Below, piece after piece: positions 41,801 to 48,981 of a stretch of DNA of 64,000 bases. The position numbers and the translations under genes were made by a program. Position 1 is the stretch's first letter. Every line of letters starts with the position of its first letter. The notes below the pieces were generated by a model. It had not been told where the DNA came from, did not search any database, and saw only the letters and a program-made list of their open reading frames with translations. The DNA is from a virus (taxonomy: Duplodnaviria; Caudoviricetes), in IMG/VR virus record IMGVR_UViG_3300011008_000002. The stretch is one strand, 5' to 3'.

Positions 41801-44800
41801 TAGGACCACCAGGAAGAAACATCGAACCAAGAAGACCCATATGTCCATTAAGTACCATAGTTCCAACAGAACCAAGTACCGCAGAAGCTCCTATGAATCC
41901 TTTCTGTCCCTGCATATCTTCTTTGAACTGATCAAAGAATTCAGAACTACCGGGCATATCCCCGAATACGTTATTTGAGAAATTATCAGCGCGTTCTTTA
42001 ATACGGTTCCAAACCGTATCCATACCTCGTGCTATCTTGGTGCCAATAGTTTCATCTGGATTGGAGTCATCAAGTCCAATAGCTTTACCAATACTACTGG
42101 TAACATTACCAAACATCCTCTTCATATTGCCTAATACGCTATTATCAGGCTCTATGATTTGTCCGTCAGAACCTCTTTCACCAAGTATTGCATTCTTAAC
42201 CTGCTTACCCATATCCTTGAGGGAATTAGCAGTTTCACTAAATAGCCCACCAGTATAATCACCATTCTTATCTTTGGTACCCATAAAGAATTCAGATGTC
42301 TTGGTAACTACAGTGTCGAATTTGGCTTTGAAATCATTGAAAAGATCAGTTTGTTTGAATTTTGTCCAAATACCGTCGTCGCCGAACATGGCTTCATCCA
42401 ACGGTTTCAATATTTTATCGTCAATGAAAAAAGCGAATTTAGAAAATCCGGCTTTTAATGTATCAATACCTTTATCAAACAAGGCATGAAATCCTTTGTG
42501 TCCGTTCGGATTACCAAATACAATCTGAAAAAGAATATCATCCGCTTTCTTGGCAACATCTGCCATCTTTGATGTACCACTGGTAATCTTATTATTTGCA
42601 CGAGTAAGTATCTTCTCAAGTCCTGTACCACTAGGAACGAACTTAAGTATTTTACCTATCACAGTTTCCTTATTAGCCTGAGCTTGGGCTTCCATTGTAC
42701 TATGATAAGCTTCACTTGCAGCATCAATTACATCACCACTAAGATTACTATCAGTAGGGTCAAGTCTACCCTGTGCTATATCTCTTGCACGTCTCTCATC
42801 AGTATAACTGCTACGTGGTGCACTTGGTTCTGCTCCTCTACTCTTATCAACATCTTCCTTAAAAGATTTGGTTACTCCAGAAACACGATCCCTAATCTTA
42901 CTCAGTTGGTCATTACGATTACCACCTCTACGCCTACCAGTTTCTCCAACAGGAACGACATAGATACCTGTATTGAGAGTTGTTAATATCTCTCTGAGGT
43001 AATAAGTCTGGTTATGACCATATTTATCAACTACTCCAGCAAGTAAACCTGATACAGAAGCAATCTTTGTTTTATCATCCTTGAAATAGTTAAGGTGGGA
43101 ATCTGTCCCGCCGATAGCAGATGCTTTAGCTTTACCAGAATCACCATGAGTTTTAGCAGATGTATCTAATCCAGTACTTTCATAAAGAGTATTGTATCGA
43201 GTTGGGTCTTGCTGTCTTTCCCTATTCTGTCTGTCAATAAGGGCTCTCTGTTCCTGAACCTTACTTCCAAACATCCTAGTTATTCCAGCATTATCATGAC
43301 CTTCCTTACCATTGAAGTAAGAACGGATAAGTTGAACAGCAAAACTATTAGAATTGTAATTTCCTCCAGTTTTTCTATTCAGAAGTTCAACTATGTCATC
43401 CTGATTACCCTGACCGTTACGTCCACCTTTACGATAAGTACGTCCACCGTATTCATCAGTAACAAGCCCGCTTATAAAGCTACGGAAAAGATCTTTATTC
43501 TTATCAATCTCTTCCCTGCTCATTGCAAAGGTCTTCTGTAGATACTCACCAAAATCAGAAATATCATCACTGTATAGAGAGGTTTCTCTTTGAAGCTTAT
43601 CTTTGGCAGCCCTCTCTTCCATAGTTCTGATTTTTTCAAACTGTCCAGTTTCGTAATTGAAACCTAATTCCTCTGTACCTGATACGGTAGCATAAATTTT
43701 ACGAAGTAATGTGGGAATAACATTTACAAGAGCCTGATGGTCTGTACCAGTCCAAGCGGTTACTCCCTTATTGTAAGCTCCCTTATCAAGATCTTTTATT
43801 GTAATCTTATTCTGTAGACCAAATATCTGACCTATTGCTCGTAGTATAGCATTGTCTGAACGCTGTAAACCAGATACTTGATTTAGTACAGCAACTCCCG
43901 TCTCTTTTAACTGCTCATCGAATGCAGTTAATGCATCTTTCACAATGCCAGGAATAAGTGTTTTTACAACAGTCTTAGGGATAAATGATAATGGATTTTG
44001 AGCCATCATTTGCAATGTCTCTTTATTATCCATCATAAATTTGAATTGAGAAAGAAGCATATTACTATCAGTAAAATTACCAAATTGCTTCTTGACTTGT
44101 CCTAAATATCCCTGAAAATCAAGTCCACCACCTGCTGTAAACATATCCATGACGTTATTGTAATCTCTAAACGTCCTTGTATTTACAGTTGCCGATGGTG
44201 TAGAAAGTTTTATAGCTTCAAGAATTTGAGTTTGAAGAGATATGCTATCCTCGTAATACTTGGCAGCTAATGCTGAATGTTTAGATAGACTCTCTAACCC
44301 ACTAGATGATATTATCGCAACGTTTTCATTGATTGCAGTAAGAGATGCATTGAATTCGTTACGCATTCCGCCGAGCATATTTAACATTGCTCTAGCGTTT
44401 GTATTATTGTAATCAACGACTGCCTTACCGACATTTGTCATCACTTCGGTCTGATAGTTGGTAGACCTTACTAATGAGCTATCGGGTCCAAGGTCAGTAT
44501 TCACAATAATGCTAGTTACATCAACTTCACCGTTTTTCTTTCGATTGAACGATGCGACTGATGAACCATCTGATGACTCTACAGAACTAGAAAAATCATC
44601 CGAGCCTTCTCCGACATCGAAATCTTCCATTCCGAAATCACCCATGTCCATCATGTCATTATATTGGTCTTCAAAGAATTTATCAGCTCGTTCTTTATTA
44701 TAGAACTTACCAGATTTTAAGTCATCTAATGAATTCTTGAAGACTTCTCTACCGAGATTGATATAATAGTTTTTGTCTATCGCATTTCTCAAAGTTCGAT

Positions 44801-45029
44801 CACTCGATCGGGCTTTCTTCATAGTCTCTGCGATATCTTTTCCTGTTGCAGCCGTAGTTTTGGCTACATCAATCGTAGATGGTAAGAGTTCCGATAATAA
44901 GTCTATAGAAGAATAACCAACGGATTTTATTGCATTACTTAACCAAGAACCGGCTTTCTTAACCGAATTGGTCGATTTAACCGATGGTTTCTTCACGTAT
45001 TTACTAAGACTATCCTTAGGCATCGACAT
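32856..45029 (-). CDS. Tape-measure-like protein (4057 aa) with C-terminal C39-like peptidase, NlpC/P60-like and phage tail lysozyme domains
   Basis: Long G/A-rich amphipathic repeats; YYSQND..GCGPTAMAM..GHYV..INDP (about 34900-35400); DCSGYV..GHTEI (about 34280-34720); AAGLMG..QAES..GLAQWT (about 33420-34000); ACA-N6-TAA at 45052-45063. Confidence 0.85.
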   Translation of the reverse strand: MSMPKDSLSKYVKKPSVKSTNSVKKAGSWLSNAIKSVGYSSIDLLSELLPSTIDVAKTTAATGKDIAETMKKARSSDRTLRNAIDKNYYINLGREVFKNSLDDLKSGKFYNKERADKFFEDQYNDMMDMGDFGMEDFDVGEGSDDFSSSVESSDGSSVASFNRKKNGEVDVTSIIVNTDLGPDSSLVRSTNYQTEVMTNVGKAVVDYNNTNARAMLNMLGGMRNEFNASLTAINENVAIISSSGLESLSKHSALAAKYYEDSISLQTQILEAIKLSTPSATVNTRTFRDYNNVMDMFTAGGGLDFQGYLGQVKKQFGNFTDSNMLLSQFKFMMDNKETLQMMAQNPLSFIPKTVVKTLIPGIVKDALTAFDEQLKETGVAVLNQVSGLQRSDNAILRAIGQIFGLQNKITIKDLDKGAYNKGVTAWTGTDHQALVNVIPTLLRKIYATVSGTEELGFNYETGQFEKIRTMEERAAKDKLQRETSLYSDDISDFGEYLQKTFAMSREEIDKNKDLFRSFISGLVTDEYGGRTYRKGGRNGQGNQDDIVELLNRKTGGNYNSNSFAVQLIRSYFNGKEGHDNAGITRMFGSKVQEQRALIDRQNRERQQDPTRYNTLYESTGLDTSAKTHGDSGKAKASAIGGTDSHLNYFKDDKTKIASVSGLLAGVVDKYGHNQTYYLREILTTLNTGIYVVPVGETGRRRGGNRNDQLSKIRDRVSGVTKSFKEDVDKSRGAEPSAPRSSYTDERRARDIAQGRLDPTDSNLSGDVIDAASEAYHSTMEAQAQANKETVIGKILKFVPSGTGLEKILTRANNKITSGTSKMADVAKKADDILFQIVFGNPNGHKGFHALFDKGIDTLKAGFSKFAFFIDDKILKPLDEAMFGDDGIWTKFKQTDLFNDFKAKFDTVVTKTSEFFMGTKDKNGDYTGGLFSETANSLKDMGKQVKNAILGERGSDGQIIEPDNSVLGNMKRMFGNVTSSIGKAIGLDDSNPDETIGTKIARGMDTVWNRIKERADNFSNNVFGDMPGSSEFFDQFKEDMQGQKGFIGASAVLGSVGTMVLNGHMGLLGSMFLPGGPIGGALLGAGIGIVSKSRGLQNFLFGPEDETTGERQGGLITKEFQDFFKDNKTGIGIGLGTGLAASFGLLPSFFVPGGPIGGALIGGAISLATKSEAFNTLLYGEGGTKDDPTGGLSKKLKEVFGKDKNLKGLTVDGGIGAGVGIIGSFFLPGGPILGALLGSAASIGLASDKFQTWFFGEKDENGKRSGGVFSKFSTYMKDKIFDPLGKSVKIAQVKILGFVKENMVIPFETALKPITEEAKYVAGKVKEGFNKFFDKIKEKFFDKVVDPIGKVVDEHLIKPMKNLLHSIFSGLGNIVGGIISAPFKIFSAMGRGAYENQKKRGAKSFEDQYREDHGFLASGWEKFKAFFKKDTEYGKARTAAQFGENGAWYDTSHGKWFESEEARKAAVRAETEAKIAAIENGTDVPKDDRGFFARLLSPRKKTTEVNTNPTVTPSTSSEAAPTVATVTDASETVRTAVTEQTTETRETNNILSTILERVSTLTGSFRGERTSDTSTSGNRRRRRNRRNRNRNQRNTGSVDTRSVTEQSSTEGTEEGYNPETVGSTTDTTNRPKKPKKGNFYTNIQKDVHQIADSVYGQLNGVGSNVNKIYRMMLKINNIKDDDIKGDNNKSYVGFFGKLRTMFNRPVEAIKNIITTPFVKIGEVLGGIKDRFLNIGNLIKGAGTALKNGVGLVVSTVAEIGKALGNVVLEVIKLPFDIIHTGLSAVRAMLPALGEALSATVSVIGSGIKAAGYLVVDSVAAIGNTIAGAARGFGQLLGGALSGLGSLLSAAGVIGGDILRGAWGALKFVGKGIGRGVAAVATAPFKAAKGLFNLGKNALGGRGPVHVIVDSGTLDLVKRIRNIEQVHSDGMGGDDVKPKPLPVKPILGGFGIGPKKKKSDPVYVVVSGFNNRAISNLASIFIGGDANSDTSKSSPFGNFLKKIIGFGKSSDEDKEALKHLDMNVGDTSVDTSMSGGGAGDDAAGTDASLADDDNRTSVATSIKNKFSAIKSSASSKFDALREKFNEKIANRQAQVDKGARASLFERFAASDKAKEESKFRTKLLDMLGKTKEATVEHKSIFSSMFGKKGLITAGIMLALPFVIKLLPKVIDFIKNFNIQDLIGKILKDIKTAFGEIGGLLGLVNNAGEQVEDAKNVINGTATSPMVDENGNLVYDEDGNLVTTPRDSNPVKEFFTPTRTRVDIRNGEWGYRNDWTTMSESKANLVGHKVVIPALKVFDKVAPTAKKIGAATGRFFASGRELNALKNAGYTELASQASFRQKIASGIVGAADNVAAGVANTAKNVGTKIASSKVGQFGSAVASKAGAFADDAARNVGKVASSVKGVADDAVRAVGNTEIVQKFITKAGEAITFLMEKLVAAGEKIGTKLPIAKLKSFIKPITDKLLNGNILGKFVTKIKTFFGKITAKATAEVGTAGILTAGFIVYGVLDGLSNAGALFEVNPSDVDMKMRAIAAVFKGLLNTTAGSVIDFINSLAYEILGINFLKSVASWAYDLMSSEEEKEALKNAQDDFTKGYEDYVAEEYEAYKKGEEGGGREAMSYEEFKASSLSTTRSEYNSKTNKSLIRRGYDLITGVGGGIKGVGAAVVNGAKGIGSGIVNGVKGIGSGIVNGVKGIGSGIASGATAVWNGVKGVGSGIASGASSVFNKGKEVLGNVGSALANVGKDGVVAAAGIMSGFKKISDNFYNKENSFMDYFKADVNPLKEDNMFHGAVGAVLNVSKFIMFPKLLVGGILKKVGTAVGGAISKVFDGIKTAVGDYINNKKDLLGTALRGDFDGLSDYTITTSKDNPIGGFINGIVGIERIPLYPVALVSKVARAIGSGILKVFDTVKQSAIDIGTNVATLSSYAFNGDIDSLNDFTFKASEDNPIGGFLTGILSGAKIFYYLPALVMKGGRFVADGIKKGVAAVANTVSQIGQTSVILGTLALNGDVEKLHDYEGVDEEGNPIGGFVNAIYGAEKFLLAPIGAIVSTGKAIGGFVTKSIGAVVDYGGKSLDFIKTLNEYTDPKKDMKTWDNESMAENESDVVGGVLSAIIKRVMGIYVGIVRAVKGAFSWLGDTVDGIGEAISGVVDDVGEFASNAVDTVKDGLSGIGKWFANGVNSLGTAIMNIGRGGNDGGRPVNGGKGEEGYLNGMPYYSQNDPRYKNKPYRITGGFGGDGATIGDAGCGPTAMAMVASQATGKPYDPITMAKMSEAGGYSTSAGTTPGYFSAAGNALGIPNAQLNPSQESLVGSLENGNSVILQGARGGATNSPYTSEGHYVTATGIDANNNVIINDPRGREYSGAYRMDDVLNDTTGMWAFGSNGGYGSPRRHGFRAIFGGKGPVSTATVVNDGGSVSKTKVNKITEAKNSVKTEAQKEAEDYEKWLSIVRAVKEAIAAQKPGYSQTRYIKITVGGRTISARTDCSGYVQSCLKYYGVMKENTNISSANVRNPNDATMKATGFTPFAFPGYDKLREGDILGRSGHTEIFAYIRDGKTYVYNCGDDASTNSAIPTSAGGAHETVWRLGKAGEDALSEFGVDGSTTASAAYDSGSSYSSSSTSTSTGTGIAGLLSGLAGAIMNPIYEKLGLKSPAATAADVVSDSYSSDSGSVGTAKEIPLSGKSNREQIWNYLRFTKNFSPIAAAGLMGAWQAESSNSPNRMEGDYLGDFPGYDKMYNDRATMNNWTQRLFQRYANNGLTINQDAYKGSDGNLYPGLGLAQWTGPRGEQLKKFGGSNWGTLSTQLQFAFEGPSEFNYRNKQFQLMDRLNNASTPEDAATVALDWYENSSADYHNKKPDFNAARRGYARSIYDELKNVQAPTAQLVDNGTNSTVGKKVVDKKNNVMISAMGGKGGKGSKTSIGSRRKSTPTKIKPVLEDVTARGGYGAFDVSPVRQDYARDMNPRTREIMTRDVTINSMNSSEITQLLKVMVGYLSNIDSNTGTTNTELDALNKKDFGSGVINQTNTSNTFNTPTINGSSSNPGTSDRSGYAVAKRLASGMLND
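36890..37080 (-). repeat. 11-codon tandem repeat (GIGSGIVNGVK-like) within the tape measure gene
   Basis: Translation KGIGSGIVNGV KGIGSGIVNGV KGIGSGIASGA...; 33-nt periodicity visible in the DNA. Confidence 0.8.
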
Positions 45030-45115
45030 CCACTCTCCTTTCTTCGTTAATTTAATTTATTGTGAAAATCTACGAACCGTATAACATCAAGCAAATCCAT
45101 ATTTATTACTATTTA

Positions 45116-45139
45116 AGAATCGACTGGGTCAGCTCCAAA
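45116..45139 (+). repeat. 24-nt exact direct repeat, copy 2 (intergenic, in the loop of an AT-rich stem)
   Basis: Identical to 22360..22383; flanked by TATTTAA/TTAAATA. Confidence 0.9.
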
Positions 45140-45251
45140 TTAAATAATGAAATCCGTTTCGCGGGAAGTTTGGAACTATATTAACCCCTTGTAACGATGA
45201 AACGCGGCATCGCGGATGATGCCGCACGAAAACCTGAAAGGGGGTTTTGAC

Positions 45252-46004
45252 ATGAACGCTGTTGAAACGATGTTTTACACTACCCAAAGGAGAAGCAAAA
45301 TGGAATACTGGGATTTTATCAGTCAAATAAAACCGCTGACGGATGAAACATTTAACAGGGATGAACTTGTTGATTTACTAAGCGAGGTGTCTCGACATGA
45401 TATAGGAACATTTACTACCATCTTAAACGGCGCAATACTTGAAACGTTGGATTCCGAAAAACATTACGGATGCATCGTTCAGAAGGTAAACCCAACCAAT
45501 GGTGTATGCGAGACTTACTTCATGGAAAAGTCATACAAGCAATTTGGTAGTACAAAGTATGAAGTGATGGCTAAACCAATATATCATAAATTAATACTAC
45601 TGAACCGCCACAAAATCTCAATCACGGGAGAACAAGGAACAGTGGAAGAGTTTACTCAGCATATTGTCAAAATAGGTAAACCATTTGAGGGAGAACATAG
45701 ATACATTCGTACAATCTATGATGCAGAAGTGATTGTAATGTTCAATCAACCAATCAGTGTTACCCGCAAAATCAGAAACGATAAAATATCGTCATTTGAT
45801 GATTTGATAAAAGGCAATGTACCAGCAGGTGATAAAAAATGGGATGACCTTTTATTTGAAGACGTTGATGTTATGCAGGGCGTATTTAACAAGTTAATTG
45901 ATAAAGGGCATAAAATTCATCTGACTGGAGAAAGGGACACCTTTGGGTATGTGACCTGTGGTATTATCATGGACGGCAAACTAATGACTTCTCAGTACTT
46001 CTAA
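45252..46004 (+). CDS. Hypothetical protein (250 aa), putative early gene
   Basis: ATG 45252 after GAAAGGGGG; TATATTAA at 45177; terminator at 46013-46049. Confidence 0.75.
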   Translation: MNAVETMFYTTQRRSKMEYWDFISQIKPLTDETFNRDELVDLLSEVSRHDIGTFTTILNGAILETLDSEKHYGCIVQKVNPTNGVCETYFMEKSYKQFGSTKYEVMAKPIYHKLILLNRHKISITGEQGTVEEFTQHIVKIGKPFEGEHRYIRTIYDAEVIVMFNQPISVTRKIRNDKISSFDDLIKGNVPAGDKKWDDLLFEDVDVMQGVFNKLIDKGHKIHLTGERDTFGYVTCGIIMDGKLMTSQYF

Positions 46005-46012
46005 AAATGGTG

Positions 46013-46049
46013 AAGATAGGTATGAACATTCATACCTATCTTATTTTTT
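46013..46049 (+). terminator. Intrinsic terminator
   Basis: AAGATAGGTATGAA/TTCATACCTATCTT stem followed by ATTTTTT. Confidence 0.8.
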
Positions 46050-46168
46050 ACCCTATATAATAAAATTCAGGTTCATAGTAATTTTATTACTATATTAAAT
46101 GTTTAGATAGATAGAAAGTGTACTTTACTTTCTATCTATACTTTACCCAAGAAGGGAGGTGAAATAAT

Positions 46169-46336
46169 ATGGATTTTCGTTCAAGAGTATATTGGTTCGG
46201 AAAATTCCTTAAAGGAAGCTATCCGTCCAAAGATGCCACGGAGCCGTGTAGTTTTTATGATGAATTCAATCACGACTTCGTGGCTAAGGCTGTTGATAAA
46301 ATCCTTGCAACTGCTGCTACTAAACTAACAGCATAG
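46169..46336 (+). CDS. Small protein (55 aa, MDFRSRVYWFGK...) not in the ORF track
   Basis: Strong RBS AAGGGAGGTG; TATATTAA at 46091; downstream hairpin plus T-tract. Confidence 0.7.
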   Translation: MDFRSRVYWFGKFLKGSYPSKDATEPCSFYDEFNHDFVAKAVDKILATAATKLTA

Positions 46337-46439
46337 CGGAACCATTAATGGTCTTGGGATGGGATACTGACTACCATCAGTTGAACCTCCCATTACTTTT
46401 TTGTATATCCTTACTCTATTTTTTATCAGTGGAACATAC

Positions 46440-46478
46440 AAAAAATGAAACCAAGAGCATAATCACTCTTGGTTTCAT
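46440..46478 (-). terminator. Intrinsic terminator
   Basis: ATGAAACCAAGAG/CTCTTGGTTTCAT stem with a T-tract on the minus strand. Confidence 0.8.
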
Positions 46479-46519
46479 AGCCGAGTTATTTAATCATATG
46501 GAACTTGGTGCTGCCGGTA

Positions 46520-47041
46520 TCAGATATTGCTCTTCAGGTTCGACGGGCAAGTGCTCTTTGCCTTAAGCTTGATATGAGCACCCTGCCTCTGCTTACTCTT
46601 TTCGCCGCTTCCGGGCTTCCTTACATCCTTAACCGTAGCTTCGACATTCTGCATTTCGATAGACGCCTGGAAATTCTCCTGACGCTTGAACGGGAACTTC
46701 TTCCCAATGCCGAGATACTCGCTGAGAACACCCTCAACGAAATCATATACAGGCAATAGAGGGAACTGATGCTCCTGAACGAGCTTCTCCTGCTCCGCCG
46801 TATCGCATCCTGCTGCCTTTGCAACAGACCCGATAATACCCTTACGGAACTCCACCATCGGGGTGGTCTTTTCCTCAACCAGCTTGTCGCCCTTTACCTT
46901 CTGCTCAACGCGCTCATACGTAGGATCATTAGCCATCGCTGTGCCCAACGTATCAAAATAGGAGCGGTTGAAAGTCTTCTTGTTGTTAGAAGCCTTGACT
47001 TCCTCTTCGATCTTTTTCTTTGCTTCCGCAAACTTACCCAT
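46520..47041 (-). CDS. Basic protein with an HU/IHF-like C-terminal arm, probably DNA-binding
   Basis: ATG 47041 after AAGGAGG; C-terminal VRKPGSGEK...AHIKLKAK resembles the HU R.P.TGE arm; GC-richer codon usage suggests high expression. Confidence 0.45.
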   Translation of the reverse strand: MGKFAEAKKKIEEEVKASNNKKTFNRSYFDTLGTAMANDPTYERVEQKVKGDKLVEEKTTPMVEFRKGIIGSVAKAAGCDTAEQEKLVQEHQFPLLPVYDFVEGVLSEYLGIGKKFPFKRQENFQASIEMQNVEATVKDVRKPGSGEKSKQRQGAHIKLKAKSTCPSNLKSNI

Positions 47042-47217
47042 TTTTAGATCCTCCTTTTGAAAATGATTTTTATTCACGGCTTATGCCGCAAATTTACTAC
47101 TTCGGGGTTATTACGATGTGATATACTAGAAATTTATACACCGTATTTTCGCCTCAATTTATTAAATAGTTACTGTAATCCTCAAAATATAGTCGAAAAT
47201 TACAGCAACTGATTTAA

Positions 47218-47808
47218 TCAAAACTTCATAACACTGAAACCACCACTTGGATAGTGTATCATTGAATCATTCTGTTCCAGTTCATCAAGTAATCTCTGTC
47301 TCTCATTGATACTATCTGTATCTACGTCTGAGTCATCTAATGAACCATATGGTTGCCCATTATATAACACAGAATAACCACAACCATCACATTCTCCGTG
47401 TATATAGTCATTACATGCTTCACACTCCTCACACATGTCGCATTCTTCTGGACGATACTTACCATCAAATCCGATATTCGTACAGAATTCACAGATATAT
47501 CTGGAGTCATCATCGTCATCAATTAGGTCATCCTCTCCATAGACGAACACCCCCCTTTCTATATTAGATTTCTTTGAATCACACTTATTGCATTTAGAAC
47601 AATCTGAACCTTTATATCGAGACAAATCAACACCTTTCTCTTCCAACCTCTTACGTTGAAATTTATTGATTCTCTGTCCGGAATTAGGGTCAAATAAGAC
47701 TTTGGTCATATTACTATGAATTCCGTTCTCTTCTTGCGTTTTTACAAGAGTATCAATCACAAGGTCAATATTTCTTTGTCTCAAATCTAACTGCTTGACA
47801 AAAGACAT
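47218..47808 (-). CDS. Cysteine-rich acidic protein (multiple CxxC)
   Basis: CSKCNKC, CEFC, CDMCEECEAC, CDGC; RBS AAAGGAGGT; TATATTAA at 47854-47861. Confidence 0.75.
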   Translation of the reverse strand: MSFVKQLDLRQRNIDLVIDTLVKTQEENGIHSNMTKVLFDPNSGQRINKFQRKRLEEKGVDLSRYKGSDCSKCNKCDSKKSNIERGVFVYGEDDLIDDDDDSRYICEFCTNIGFDGKYRPEECDMCEECEACNDYIHGECDGCGYSVLYNGQPYGSLDDSDVDTDSINERQRLLDELEQNDSMIHYPSGGFSVMKF

Positions 47809-47868
47809 TGTATACTACCTCCTTTCCAATCTATGTCGTATGTTTACTTGCTTTTAATATATAGATAA

Positions 47869-47902
47869 AAAGAGGAACGATTATGGATATCTCGTTCCTC
47901 TT
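47869..47902 (-). terminator. Intrinsic terminator
   Basis: AAAGAGGAACGA/TCGTTCCTCTTT stem. Confidence 0.7.
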
Positions 47903-47907
47903 TGTTA

Positions 47908-48804
47908 TCACAACGGCATTATCGGTGCATCTGGTTCATCATCTTCTTCATCTGAAAGGTTGGCTTCCTGTCCATAAGAATTAACAGTCTGCATTTCTTC
48001 CAAAAGATTTTTCATATCTGTCAGTACAAGATGATGAATGTCTTTAATACCTGCAACGCATTCCTTATTCTTATCGGAAGCGTTCTCATCTGTCATTTCT
48101 TCAGTTATAGAGAGCTTATTCTGAGCAGCACATAACTGATTGTAAAGTTCTTTGAATTTGAAAGTTGTAGTGAGAAGGTTCTGACGTAATCCATTGATAG
48201 TATCATCATATGAAGTAATAATTCTATCCAGAACTATCGGGAATGATGCTATAAGATGGATTATATCAACCTGACCCTTTGAAAACGCCTCTTTATAATC
48301 ACCATCTAAGAGGTTCTCGTACATCTCAGATATCGCCGGTGTTGATGACGCATACTTAGCTAAAGCTACTACATTCTTCTTTAGATTATCCTCTGCCTCA
48401 ACCTGCTTAGGATCTGTTGACGCATCTATAGCTGCCAACTGAGCAATTGTGTTGTTAATAACAAAACCAAAGTTGGCAATAATATCTCTGTCGGTAATAT
48501 CTTCTTCTAACGTTCCCTTCAATATTTTATTGAAGTATTCGTATGAAAGTTTGTTGCTTGTTATATTATTAGCTTCCCGCATTGCATCATCTCTGATAGA
48601 TGCTGATGGGGTATGAATAACTGACTCATTGCGACTTTTCTCATCTCTTTCTACGAGATACACTGTACTCTTTGAAGCATCCCCATCAGATAAAACAATA
48701 TCACAATTAGAATTAAGTAATAAGTCCATCATCTCGCTTATGGAATGAACATCCTGTCCCATACTAAGTTCTGCAAAGAACTCACCTATAGTATTCTTTA
48801 TCAT
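47908..48804 (-). CDS. Hypothetical protein (298 aa)
   Basis: RBS GGAGGG; helical/coiled-coil-like composition. Confidence 0.75.
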   Translation of the reverse strand: MIKNTIGEFFAELSMGQDVHSISEMMDLLLNSNCDIVLSDGDASKSTVYLVERDEKSRNESVIHTPSASIRDDAMREANNITSNKLSYEYFNKILKGTLEEDITDRDIIANFGFVINNTIAQLAAIDASTDPKQVEAEDNLKKNVVALAKYASSTPAISEMYENLLDGDYKEAFSKGQVDIIHLIASFPIVLDRIITSYDDTINGLRQNLLTTTFKFKELYNQLCAAQNKLSITEEMTDENASDKNKECVAGIKDIHHLVLTDMKNLLEEMQTVNSYGQEANLSDEEDDEPDAPIMPL

Positions 48805-48938
48805 ATAAATCCCTCCGTTTTAATAAAGATTTTTAGTTACCTGTAAATAATATCTCAATAAATAATTTTATATCATTTGGGACTAACAATTAAATAAATG
48901 CTAAATAGTTACTTGAACCTGTTCGCTGCGGGTCCATA

Positions 48939-48972
48939 AATGAGTCAGTAGGAAGCTTCCTACTGACTCATT
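48939..48972 (-). terminator. Perfect 34-bp palindrome, terminator after the RNAP beta gene
   Basis: AATGAGTCAGTAGGAAG|CTTCCTACTGACTCATT. Confidence 0.75.
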
Positions 48973-48981
48973 GTTTTGTAC

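Noticed and set aside
33521-44703. Many 60-200 aa ORFs nested in the tape measure gene
   Set aside because: Expected by-products of biased Gly/Ala/Val codons; P/T/S-rich translations and no RBS.
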